From Raja brachyura (taxonomy: Eukaryota): 64,000 nucleotides of DNA. The position numbers were made by a program, and so were the translations under genes. The stretch spans positions 36,766,001 through 36,830,000 of the forward strand of contig OY740805.1 of NCBI GenBank assembly GCA_963514005.1, written 5' to 3'. Shown piece after piece: positions 35,701-47,200 of the stretch (its first letter is position 1; each line of letters opens with the position of its first letter). The notes beneath the pieces were generated by a model. It searched no databases, was not told the DNA's origin, and saw only the letters and a list, made by a program, of their open reading frames with translations.

Positions 35701-38700
35701 AGATTGTATGATCGATTCGTCGGATCCAACAGCACCTGGAACGAGAAATAATCTTATAGTTTTGCCGCTTGCCTTTCGGCCCACCCAGTCAATGCCATTC
35801 ATTACACCTATCTACACAATCCCATTTACTCTCGTTTCATGGCCTTTCTATGTATCGGGGTTTCAAGTACTTGGCGAGACACCTCTTAAATGTCGTGAGA
35901 CAGCCCGTCTTCGATCCTGACCGCGGGTGCTGTCTGTCTGTGTGGAGTTTGTACGTTCTCCGTTATATTGCCTGCATTTCCCCTGGGCGCTCCTGCTTCC
36001 TCTCTCATCCGAAAGAGGTGAGTCCTGATAGGTAATTAACAGCTGTAAACAAGTCCTTGCATCCATCAAGCCAATTGAGACAAACGCACACTGGATAGCC
36101 ACCAAGTGGTCACAGGAGTTGAAGGCAACCTCATCTCCATTACACAGCTACAGCTCTTCACCAAATAAAAGCTGTCCAGGGTCTGACCTCCCCAGAGGAG
36201 CATGGGTGAAGCTCAACAGACTTAGTACTGGAGTCGGACGTTTCAATGCCAGCATGTGGAGATGGGGGCTCCGCCAGAGGCCAGCCTGTGAATGCGGAGC
36301 AGAACAACAGATAGCCAACCATGTCATCTCTGGGTGCCCGGTTTACCACCCACCAAATGGAGCTCAGGGCCTGGCACACATTGACGCCAGCAGAGACAAC
36401 AACCTGGCTGCTCAACACCCGGCTTCAGATCTAACTATTTCTTTGGTTTATGTTTTATTTGCAAGAAGAAGAAGAACAGCTGTAAATTTCCCCTGGTATA
36501 TGGAGGAGTCGAAGTGACCGCAGCGTGAATGTGAATTTCGCCCACACTGGACAATAATCGTGTTGGCATAGTGTGGTTTAGAGATCAGCGTGGATACAGT
36601 CCCTTCGGCCCACCGACTCCGCTGCGACCAACGTTCCCCGCAAATTAACGCTATTCTCCACACATTAGGGACAAGTTACATTTTTTCACCAACCACTTTT
36701 AGCCTACAAACCGGTACGTCTTTGGAGTGTGGGAGGAAAACCCGGTGAAAACCCACTCAGGGAGAACGTAAACTACGTACAGACAGAATCCATAGTCAGG
36801 ATCAAACCCGGGGTCCCTGGCGCTGTAAGGCAGAACCCCTACCGCCGCGCCACCGTGTTGCCCCTCTCTTAAGCTTCCCTGAACCCACTGTACTTCCCTT
36901 ACAGTTCCTCCATCTTCCTCGCCAGGTTATGTTCCTCCATCTTCCCCGCCAGGTCCACCGTCTAGTCTGCATTGGTATCATCAACACATAATTGTCCTGG
37001 CTCACATCATACCTCTCCGGCAGCACTCAGTTTGTGCAACTTAAAAATGTCCAATCACAACCCTCCCCAGTCACCAGTGGTGTTCCCCAGGGCTCAGTCC
37101 TAGAGCCCCTCCTTTATATAATTTATTTACATCCCCTTGGTTTTATTTTCAGGAAATACAACATTCAAATTCAATGCTACGCAGATGACACCCAGCTGTC
37201 CACTAAACCCACTTCCATGCTTCCTCCCTCTTCCCTGTCTGTCTGCTTAGTGGAAATTAAAACCTCGTCTCCTCACAACTTCCTCAAACTCAACAGTGAC
37301 AAAACTGAAATTCACCTTGTTGGCTCCAAATCCTCCCTATCTAAATGTTCCAATTTCTCACTCACCATTAACAATTCCATAGTCCCTCCTTCCCCTCAGG
37401 TCAAGAGCCTGGGTGTCATCCTTGTTAGCACACTTTCCTTTGAAAAACACATCAATAATCTCACTCGGTCTGCTTACTTCCCCTTACGCAGTACCCACCG
37501 TCTTCGTCCATCACTCAAACCTAACAGCACTGCTACTCTCATCCACGCCCTCGTCACCTCCCGTATTGGTCATTGTAACTCTCTCCTCTCTGGTTTACCC
37601 CACAAGTCCATCCATAAACACCAATTGGTCCAGAACTCAGCTGACCGGATTATCACCAGAACCCCATCCCCCGAACACATCACTTCCATCCTCAAACAAC
37701 TGCACTTGCTCCCTATCCAATATCGTATTGATTTTAAGATTCTCCCCCTCACTTTCAAAGCCCTCCACAATCTCGCTCCTACAAACCTCTCCGAAATCCC
37801 TCAGCCTTACACTCCATCCCGAACTCTCCGATCCTCTTCTTCCTCCTTGCTCTCCACTCCATCTACCCGCCTGGCCACGATGGGGTTCAGAGTCTTCAGC
37901 CGTTCTGCCGCTCACCTCTGGAACTCTCTCCCACTATCCATCCGTACCATAGAGTCTCTCCCCACCTTTAAAACCTCCCTCAAAAGTCACCTATTCAGAC
38001 GGGGCTAGCCCACGTAACTCCACTTTCTATCAAATTCATGGATATGTTGTTTATCTCTCATTGTATCTGTATATTTGTAATTTGCTTGTTTTAACCGTAA
38101 GGTGTCCTTGCGTGTTCTGAAAGGCGCCCATAAATAAAATGCATTAAATGCATTATGGTCGTATGTTTGTTATTCCGATTTTGTGCTTCAAAATTCATGG
38201 ATTTTGCAGCGTCGAAAGCGGCCATGAAATCAGCACGGATTATATCAAATTATGTACAGATTCTCTCTTGGTCTTGTGCATATAGTCTCTTGCCCAGAGT
38301 AGGGGAATCGAGGACCAGAGGACAGAGGTTCAAGGTGAAGGGGAAATTTTTAATAGGAATCCGATGGGTATTTTTTCACACAGAGGGCGGTCAGTGTATG
38401 GAGCAAGCCACCAGAGGAGATTGTTGAGGCTGGGCTAGGTTCCCATCGTGTAAGAAGCAGTTGGACAGGTACATGGATGTGACAGGTTTCGAGGGATATG
38501 GACCAAGCTCACGCAGGTGGGACTAGGGTAGCTGGGGCATTGTTGGCCGGTGTGGGCAAGTAGAGCCGAATGGCCTGTTTCCACGCTGTATCTCTCTATG
38601 CCTCTATGACTGATGTTGCACATTGTAAATAAAGACAATTAAACATTAAAAAATAGGTGCAGGAGTAGGCCATTCGGCCCTACGAGCCAGCACCGCAATT

Positions 38701-41700
38701 CAATATTATCATGGCTCATCATCTAAATCAGTACCCCGTTCCTGCCCTCTCCCCATATCTCCTGACTCTGCTATGTTTAAGAGCTCTATCTTGAAAGCAT
38801 CCAGTGAATTGTCCTCCACTTCCTTCTGTGGCAGATAATTCTGCAGATTCACAACTCGCTGGATGAAAGTTTTTTCTCATCTCATTCCTAAATGGCCTAC
38901 CGCTAATTCTTAAACTGGGACCCCTGGTTCCTATATTAATAATGATTTTCTGTGCCTAAATAATGAATTTATGTGCATAAATCTGATCTGACAAAGCTTT
39001 GTTGCTTTCAGGACGTACGTCCTGATAGGTAATTAACAGCCCAAAACAACTTTTTGCATCCATCCAGCCAGCTGAGACAACAGACAGCCAACCATGTCAT
39101 CTCTGGGCGCCCGCTTTACCACCCACCAAATAGAGCTCAGGCCCTGGCAGACATTGACTTTAACAGAGCCAACAACCTGGCTGCTCAACACCCGGCTTGA
39201 GATCTAACCATGCCTTTGGTTTATGTTTCATTCGCAAATTACCCCAGGTACATGGAGAAGTCGGAGTGACCGTATCGTGCATGTGAATTGAGAGGGAACT
39301 GGATTTCTCTTCGATGGAAAGAAATAACTGTCTTGCCTCTTTCTGGAAAAAGGGGATTTCGGACACAATGGACAATAATTGTGTTGGTTTGGTGTGGTTT
39401 AGAGATACAGCGCGGATGCCGGTCCTTCGGCCCACCGAGTCCGCTGCGACCAACGATCCCCGCAAAATAACCCTATTCTGCACACACTAGGGACAATTTA
39501 CATTTTTTCACCGAGGCCAATTAACCTACAAACCAGTACGTCTTTGGAGTGTGGGAGGAAAACGGAGCTCGCGGTGAAACCCCACGCAGGGAGAACGTAA
39601 ACTCCGTACAGAGAGAACCCGTAGTCAGGATCGAACCCGGGGTCCCTGGCGCTGTAAGACAGCAACTCTCCCGCCGCGCCACCGTGTTGCGCCTCACTTA
39701 AGCTTTCCTGTACCCACGGTACCTTCCTTACGGTTCCTCCATCTTCCCCGCCAAGTTATGGCCTTATGTTTCTTATTTCGATGTTGTGCGTCAACATTCA
39801 TGGATGTTGCAGCGTCGAAAGCGACCGTGAAATCGTCACGGATTATATCAAATCATGCACCGATTCTCTATTGATCCTGTACACTGATGCACATACTCTC
39901 TAGCCCAGAGTAGGGGAATCGAGGACCAGAGGACAGAGTTTCAAGGTGAAGGGGAAAATATTTAGTAGGAATCCGATGGGTATTTTTTTCACACAGAGGG
40001 CGCTCGAAGTATGGAGCAAGTCGTCAGAGGAGTTCGTTGGGGTTGGGACTATCCCATCGTTTAAGAAGCAGTTGGACAGGTACATGGATAGGACTGGTTT
40101 CTATGGGCTGGTGTCGCTGGGACACTGTTGGCCGCTGTGGGCAAGTTGAGCCGAAGAGCCTGTTTCTACGTTGTATCACTTTATGACCATGTGACTGATC
40201 TTGCACATTCTAATACAAAAATAAACGTAGAACAATGGGTGCAGGAGTAGGCCATTCGCCCCTTCGAGTCAGCACCGCCATTCAATATGATCATAGCTGA
40301 TCATCTAAAATTAGTACCCCGTTCCTGCTTTCCCCCCATATCTCTTGATGCCGTTAGCTCTTAATCGAACTCCCTCTTTAAGGCATCGAGTGAATCGTCC
40401 TCCACTGCCTTCTGTGGCAGAGAATTCCACAGATTCACAACTCTCTGGGTGAAAAGGCCTACCCTTTATTTTCAAACTGTGTCCCCTGGTTCCTACATAT
40501 ATAATAAATGTCTGTGCCTCAATCTGATCTGAACACGTTTCGTTGTTGAGGCGTGTGGTGGCCAGTGTTAAGAATGTTTTTGAGAACGGTAAAGATAAAG
40601 TTAAGATAACGGAATCTTACGTATGACTGTAACTTCAGTGCCGTGGCCATTATATATTTTCTCTGGGAAAACACTCACTCGGCAGTAATATCTTCCTGCG
40701 TCGGTCATTTTGAGGTCAGTGATTTCGATGGATCCGTTTAGAATCCCCGTTGAAATAATTTCCAAAACGCGACCATGATAGTCGCCACTCGAGTTGGAAA
40801 CGGTATGAGTTTGAGTTTCCACGTCTTTGTACCAATTAATAGCTCCAATTGCCTTGCCAACAAATGCACAATTAATCCGCACAGTCCCGCCTTCAGTAAC
40901 TGTGATCTGCTCCGGTGATTGTATGATCGATTCATCGGATCCAACAGCACCTGAAATTCAGAAATAACAATATAGTTTCGGCGCTGGGCTTTCGGCCCAT
41001 CCAGTCAATGCCATCCAATACCCTATCTACACAATCCCATTTACTCCCGTTAGGATAATGGCCTTCCTATGTCTCAGCATTTCAAGTGCTTGGTGAGACG
41101 AGTCTTAAATGTCATGACACAATGCGNNNNNNNNNNNNNNNNNNNNNNNNNNNNNNNNNNNNNNNNNNNNNNNNNNNNNNNNNNNNNNNNNNNNNNNNNN
41201 NNNNNNNNNNNNNNNNNNNNNNNNNNNNNNNNNNNNNNNNNNNNNNNNNNNNNNNNNNNNNNNNNNNNNNNNNNNNNNNNNNNNNNNNNNNNNNNNNNNN
41301 NNNNNNNNNNNNNNNNNNTCCACTCTTTCTCCATCTCCCTCTCCCTCCCCCCCCCCCCACTGTTCTCACTTCCGCACACTCCGTCCCCCACCCCCTCTCG
41401 CTCCCCTCGCNNNNNNNNNNNNNNNNNNNNNNNNNNNNNNNNNNNNNNNNNNNNNNNNNNNNNNNNNNNNNNNNNNNNNNNNNNNNNNNNNNNNNNNNNN
41501 NNNNNNNNNNNNNNNNNNNNNNNNNNNNNNNNNNNNNNNNNNNNNNNNNNNNAAGGACCAAGCGACCACACTCCACTGCATCTTTGAACGGATACCTGTA
41601 GGCGGAAACAAACACACAAATAGAGGTCAGGCAGCATCTGTGGAAGACATGGGAAATCCGTCTGCAGAGAGGTCCAGACCCGAAACGTCTGCAGTTCCCA

Positions 41701-44213
41701 TTTCCCACCTCCAGAGGCGCTCCCTGACCTGCTGAGTTACTCCAGCACTTAAGTCCTTGTGCATTAACTAGCACATGTGGTTCATTGTTTTTACCTCCAG
41801 AGATGCTGCCTGACCCGATTAGTTCCTCCAACACGATGGGGGGTTTTTTATACCGTCTTGTGCAGCATTGTGAAATCCCTTCAGAAGGAACAAGCTAGAC
41901 CGCTTTTCCGGAGGAAACAGGACGTTAGCTGCCTCAAAGGTGACGAAGCCTTTTAACTATTTGCGTGCAAACAATCCACTTAGTGGAAGATCTAAATGTA
42001 AGATGTTTATTGATCATTCAAATTCAGAATTCGGGATTTCGTTCATTGGCCGAACGGATAATCTGGATCTGCACTCAGTTTAGTGTACCGAGGTACAGAG
42101 ATGCTGCCTGTCCCGCTGAGTTAGATGGAGCTCTTAAATATAGTCGAATCAGTGGATATGGGGATATGGCAGGAACGGGGTACTGCTAGGGGATGATCAG
42201 CCATGATCATAGTAAATGGCGGTGCTGGCTCGAAGGGCCGAATGAGGGAGAGAATTCCGCAATCTCACAACTCTACGTGTTTCCTCATCTCCGTTCTAAA
42301 TGGCTTACCCCTTAATCTTAAACTACGACCCCTGGTTCTGGACTACCCCAACATCCTGCCTCTAGCGGGTCCAAACCCTTAATAATCTTATATGTTTCAA
42401 TAAGATCCCCTCTCATCCCAAATTCCAGTGTATACAAGCCGAACTGCTCCATTCTCTCAGCATATGACAGTCCCGCCATCCCGGGAATTAACCTGCTGAA
42501 GCTACGCTGCACTCCCCCAATAGCAAGAATGTCCTTCCTCAAATTTGGACACCAAAACTGCACACAAAACTCCATTTGTGGTCTCACTAGGGCCCAGTAC
42601 AACTGCAGAAGGACCTCTTTGTTCCTATACTCAATCGTCTTGTTAACAAGGCCAACATGCCATTCGCTTTCTTCACCGCCTGTTGTACCTGCATGCTTAC
42701 TTTCATGGACTGATGAACAAGGACCCCCCATATCCCGTTGTACTTCTCCTTTTCCCAACTTGACAACATTTAGATAATAATCTGCCTTGATCTTTTGTTA
42801 CCAAAGTGGATAACTTCACATTTATCCTCGTTAAACTGCACCTGCCATGCAACATTTTTACCCAGAGAGTTGTGAATTTATGGAATTCCCTGCCACAGTG
42901 GGCAGTCGGCAGTGGAGCAGTGGAGGCCAAATCACTGGATGGATTTAAGAGAGACGATCAGCCATGATCATATTGAATGGCGGTGCTGGTTCGAAGACCG
43001 AATGGCCTCCTCCTGCACCTATTTCCTCAGTTTCTATTTTCTCTGTTTCTGTAAATTTGCTAATGTGGCGTAATCCTTCATCTAATTCATTAACATATAT
43101 TGTAAATAGCTGCGGTCCCAGCACCGAGCCTTGGGGTACCCCATTAGTCAGTCCCTGCCATTCTGAAAGGGACCTGTTAATCCCTCCTCTTTGTTTCCTG
43201 TCTGTCAACCACTTCTCTATCCATGTCAGCACTCTACCCCCAATACCACGTGCCCTAATGTTGCCCACTAACCTCCCATGTGGGACCTTATCAAATGCTT
43301 TATGAATGTCCAGGTACACTACATCCACTGGTTCTCCCTTGTCCATATTCCAAGTTACATCTCAAATATTACCAGACGATTTGTCAAGCATGATTTCCCC
43401 TTCGTAAATCCACGCTGACTCGGATCGATCCTGATACTCCTATCCAAATGTGCAGCTATTTCATCTTATATGATTGACTCTAGCATCTTCCCCACCACCA
43501 AAGAACCGGTCTATTATTCCTCGTTTTCTCTCTTCCGCCTTTCTTAAAGAGAGGGATAACATTAGCTACCCTCCAATCCACAGGAACAGATCGTAAATCT
43601 ATAGAACATTGTAAAAAATATCTCCAATGCGTTCACGATTTCTAGAGCCACTTCCGTAAGTACTCCGGGATGAAGACCATCAGGCCCTGGGGATATATCA
43701 GACTTCAGTCCCATCAGTCTACCCAACACAATTTCTCCAAGGTTCCAACTTCGGTCTTAAGTAATGTTTTCATCTTCACATACCTAAAGAAGCCTTTACT
43801 ATCCACTTTTATATTCTTGGCTAGCTTACCTTCGTACCTCATATTTTCTCCCCGTATTGCCTTTTTAGTTATCATCTGTTGCCCTTTAAACATTACCCAA
43901 ACCTGTGGCTTCCAGCTCATCTTTTCTACGTTGTACGTCTTCTCTTTTATTTTTATAGTTCCTAGTTCACTTGGGACAAACTTGCTAGCCAATTCGCCTT
44001 AAACCAGGATACTGGAGCACACAAGTAACCCCAAGAGGTTCATTGGGAGATGTGCAAACTCCATTCAGACAGCACTCAGGATCTGGATCAAACGTGGATA
44101 ATTGGATTCAGTATCCTTAGTAACAGGGCCGATCATCTTATCAACATAGGGGTACAGTGGACTTCAAGCACGAGGAAGCAAGCTAAAGATATTCTGATAT
44201 TTTCACATGCCAT
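32709..44213 (-). CDS. Gene B (spliced, ~313 aa main form): NKp30/NCR3-like activating receptor with 2 VJ-type Ig domains, Lys in TM and short tail
   Basis: Exons 44156-44213, 40621-40950, 35340-35735 and 33946-34103 (to stop) sum to 942 nt in frame; a further terminal exon starts at 32798. Confidence 0.78.
33590..33818 (+). repeat. Short (TTTAG)n microsatellite in gene B last intron
   Basis: ttagtttagtttag runs at the position paralogous to the long satellite. Confidence 0.9.
33931..34103 (-). CDS. Gene B transmembrane exon with charged Lys (activating type)
   Basis: ttttattcttacag|GC (phase 1). [51 protein letters not shown] with TAA at 33946-33948; donor gtaaga after 33931. Confidence 0.82.
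35340..35735 (-). CDS. Gene B membrane-proximal VJ-type Ig domain plus stalk
   Basis: cgttccag|GT; donors gtaagt after 35340 and gtgagt after 35376. Paralog of 11304-11699 with 9 aa differences in the Ig part. Confidence 0.92.
36100..36440 (+). mobile_element. LINE C-terminal zinc-finger fragment (Vingi/Ingi-like); partial copies near 12060-12310, 15740-16040 and 39080-39210
   Basis: [39 protein letters not shown]. Confidence 0.55.
36950..38150 (+). mobile_element. L2-type LINE 3' fragment (paralog of 12900-14118)
   Basis: 338-aa ORF with YADDTQL...AAHLWNSLP...[10 protein letters not shown]. Confidence 0.9.
40621..40950 (-). CDS. Gene B membrane-distal VJ-type Ig domain
   Basis: 330 nt, phase 1-1. 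Protein identical to 17429-17758; two synonymous differences seen. Confidence 0.92.
44156..44213 (-). CDS. Gene B putative leader exon
   Basis: Identical to 20958-21015; EICE motif at 44246-44255. Confidence 0.55.
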
Positions 44214-47200
44214 TAAAAAAAATCATCAAGATTGCTCACAGCTAGTTTCACTTCCTCACAAGCAGGCAACTAAACTTCCTTAATTTTGTAATTACATTCT
44301 AAGAAACGACGTGTGTGCTTAGTAACGACGTGTGGAAATTTATTTTGAGAATACCGCATCTGCAGCCTTGTTAACGCCAAGTTGTTTAGTTCCTCTTTAT
44401 TTACCGCCCTTCTGCATTCACAGGTTCACATATGTGTCCACCTGCTAGATATCTCGCGAAGTTGGGGGTTTAAAGTGCACACTCTCCACTCTCCAACTAG
44501 AACACACGGATTGCGTGGGGATTCAACATGGCGGATACGCAGGCAGGTGGGACTGGTGCGGATGAGACATGTGAGAGTGTGGACAGGTTGGACCGAAGGG
44601 CCTGATTCCATTCTGTATGCGTCCATGACTCTGTCAAAATCAAAAGGCAAAGACATAACAAGCTCGATTAACTCGGCGGGACAGACAGTATCTCTGGAGA
44701 GAAGGAATGGGTGACGTTTCGGGTCGAGACCCTTCTTTCAGACTGAGAGTCTGGGGAAAGGTAAACGTGAGATGTGCAAAAAAAAGTACAATGATAACGG
44801 AAACAGGCAATATACAATAGACAATACGTACAGGAGTAGGCCATTCGGCCTTTCGAGCCAGCACCGCCATTCAATGTGATCATCCACAATCTGTACCCTG
44901 TTCCTGCCTTCTCCCCATATCCCCAGACTTCGCTATTTTAAGAGTTTTTTTCTCGGTCCAGTGTCTTTAATTCCACGCGATCCTCGATACACAGACAAGA
45001 TAAGTTAAACATTAAAAAAAACGTGTATCAGTCTCTTCCGCTCCCTCCCTCTCTCTCTCCCCCACCCCCCCCCCCTCCCTCAGCCCCCCCTCTCTCCACC
45101 TCTCTCCAGCCACCTATCTCCCCGTCTCCTCCCTCTCCCTTCTCTCTCCCCTCTTTCTCCCCCCCTCTCCCCTTCTCCGTCTCCACCTCTCCCCACTACC
45201 TTCCTCCTCTCTCTACTCCCCCACCACCCCCCCTTCCATCCATGAACCCCCTCCAGGGTAACACATTCACCAACACTCAGTGTTCTATCGTATTATACTG
45301 GCGGTCACGGTGGCGCAGCGGCAGAGTTGCTGCCTTACACCGCTTACAGCCGCCAGTGTCCAGGTTCAATCCCGATCACGGATGCTGTCTGTACGGAGCT
45401 TGTGTAGTGTGTCGTGTTAATGTGCGGCGACCGCTGGTCGGTGCGGATTCGGTGAACCGAAGGGTCTGTTTTCGCACTGTATTTCTAAACTAAACTAAAC
45501 TGGTTAAACCCACCAACATCCCACTAACATAAACACACAATATTCCCAAAGACCTATCGGGGGTAACTCGATATTCCGGCACTTACCCCCAGTAAATTGT
45601 TGCGCGATGGCAGCGTTGGATCTGAAGCTGCTCTTGGACTTCTTACAGGGAGCGAAGCACTGAGCTGCAAAAGAGAGAAGTCTTGTCAACATCCAGTCTT
45701 ATCTGCATCCGGCAGAATTCTAGCTTCCGTAAACCATGTTGGGAACGAGGGCACGTTCTGTATGGTTGCCTTATGGATTAATAACAGCAAAAAAAACATA
45801 CTTACATTTTGGAAAAACGCATCCACGCCAACGTTTAAAATGTGGATTTCAAATATGTCGGAAACGTTACATCTTGAAGAAATTAGATTCCTCCTATTAG
45901 GCAAAGTAGACCAATTCTTAAAGATTTGGTCTCCTTTTATCGACTTGTTACAAGCATATGGTGCAACATAACCTTAGAAATTAAATGGTCCAGAAGCGGG
46001 TGACGGGTGGGTAAAGATATTAAAGACGTATATCTTTCCTAATTTCTTTTCTGTTTTTAGTCTTTTTAAAAAAATATATTTAGCTTCTTATGCCTTCTTT
46101 CTGTCTCTCTGGCTATTCGTTTCTACTCTCTTGTCTATCTCTTTTTCGGGCTCTTCCTATTATATCACGAATTATCACCATCACCATTGCCTGCGACACT
46201 CTCTATTTTCTTCTTTCTATCACTGTTCTTTTATCATTAAATTAAAAAGAAGAAGTTGTACAAGAACTGTAATATGTCTGTATGCATCCGGTACTTAGGT
46301 ACCACATTACTGTATTTACTTCTAACAAAAATATATATATTTAAAAAAGAAGAAAAAAAGACTTGGGTGTCTCCAGCTGAAACTCACCAGGAAGGCTGGC
46401 TCTGTCCTGGGGCGGAGTTGGATTCATGGGAGGTGGACTTGGAGGGCAGGCAACAGACTGGTTCCACCAACATGCAGCACAGAACGCCACAGGAGATCCT
46501 TCTTCCCTGTGGCTACCAAACTGTACAAGGGTAGACTGACTGATGGTGCCTCACCCGCTGAGTTACTTCAGCATTTTGTGTCTACTTTTCTTTTTTTTTG
46601 TTACTAATATTTTTATTAGAAGTAAACATTTCACAATGATAAAACAAATTTGCAAATACCAACTTAAATCAGTAATTGTACAAATATCACATTGATTATT
46701 ATTATCTTCTGTTTTTTAGAAATAGAGAGAAAAAGAAAAAAGAATACATTTTAAATCAACAAATGTTGTGATTAAATAATAATTTTGATTATATAAAAAA
46801 GGTAAAGAGAAAGAAAAAAGAGAAAAAAAATAAAAACACCAGTTAATATATATCTATTCAATATATATATATTTCCCCTTTAAAAACAATAAAAGGTATT
46901 ATATATATATTTAAAAGAGAAGCAACAAAATACATTGTAAATAAAAATATTACAAATGATAATATCATCCTATTGTAGAGACATGTATACAAATCCCAGT
47001 TTGAAAATGAATTATTTTCATCAAATCCTGTCGAGTACCCATTGAGTTGTAATGCCAAGAACAGCTATCCCTTCAAATATTGTATATATGGAGACCATAT
47101 TTGTTCAAAGATTTCACATTTGTCCATTGGGACAAATCTGATTCTTTCCAAATACAATGTCTCCAACATCTCTGCTGTCCACATTTTAATTATGGGGGTT

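Noticed and set aside
11284-40950. Rearranging Ig/TCR V gene segments
   Set aside because: Each exon already contains the J-like GxGTxVTV and ends in a splice donor. No heptamer-spacer-nonamer was seen; CACAGTC here is just Val-Thr codons. No C domain exon was found.
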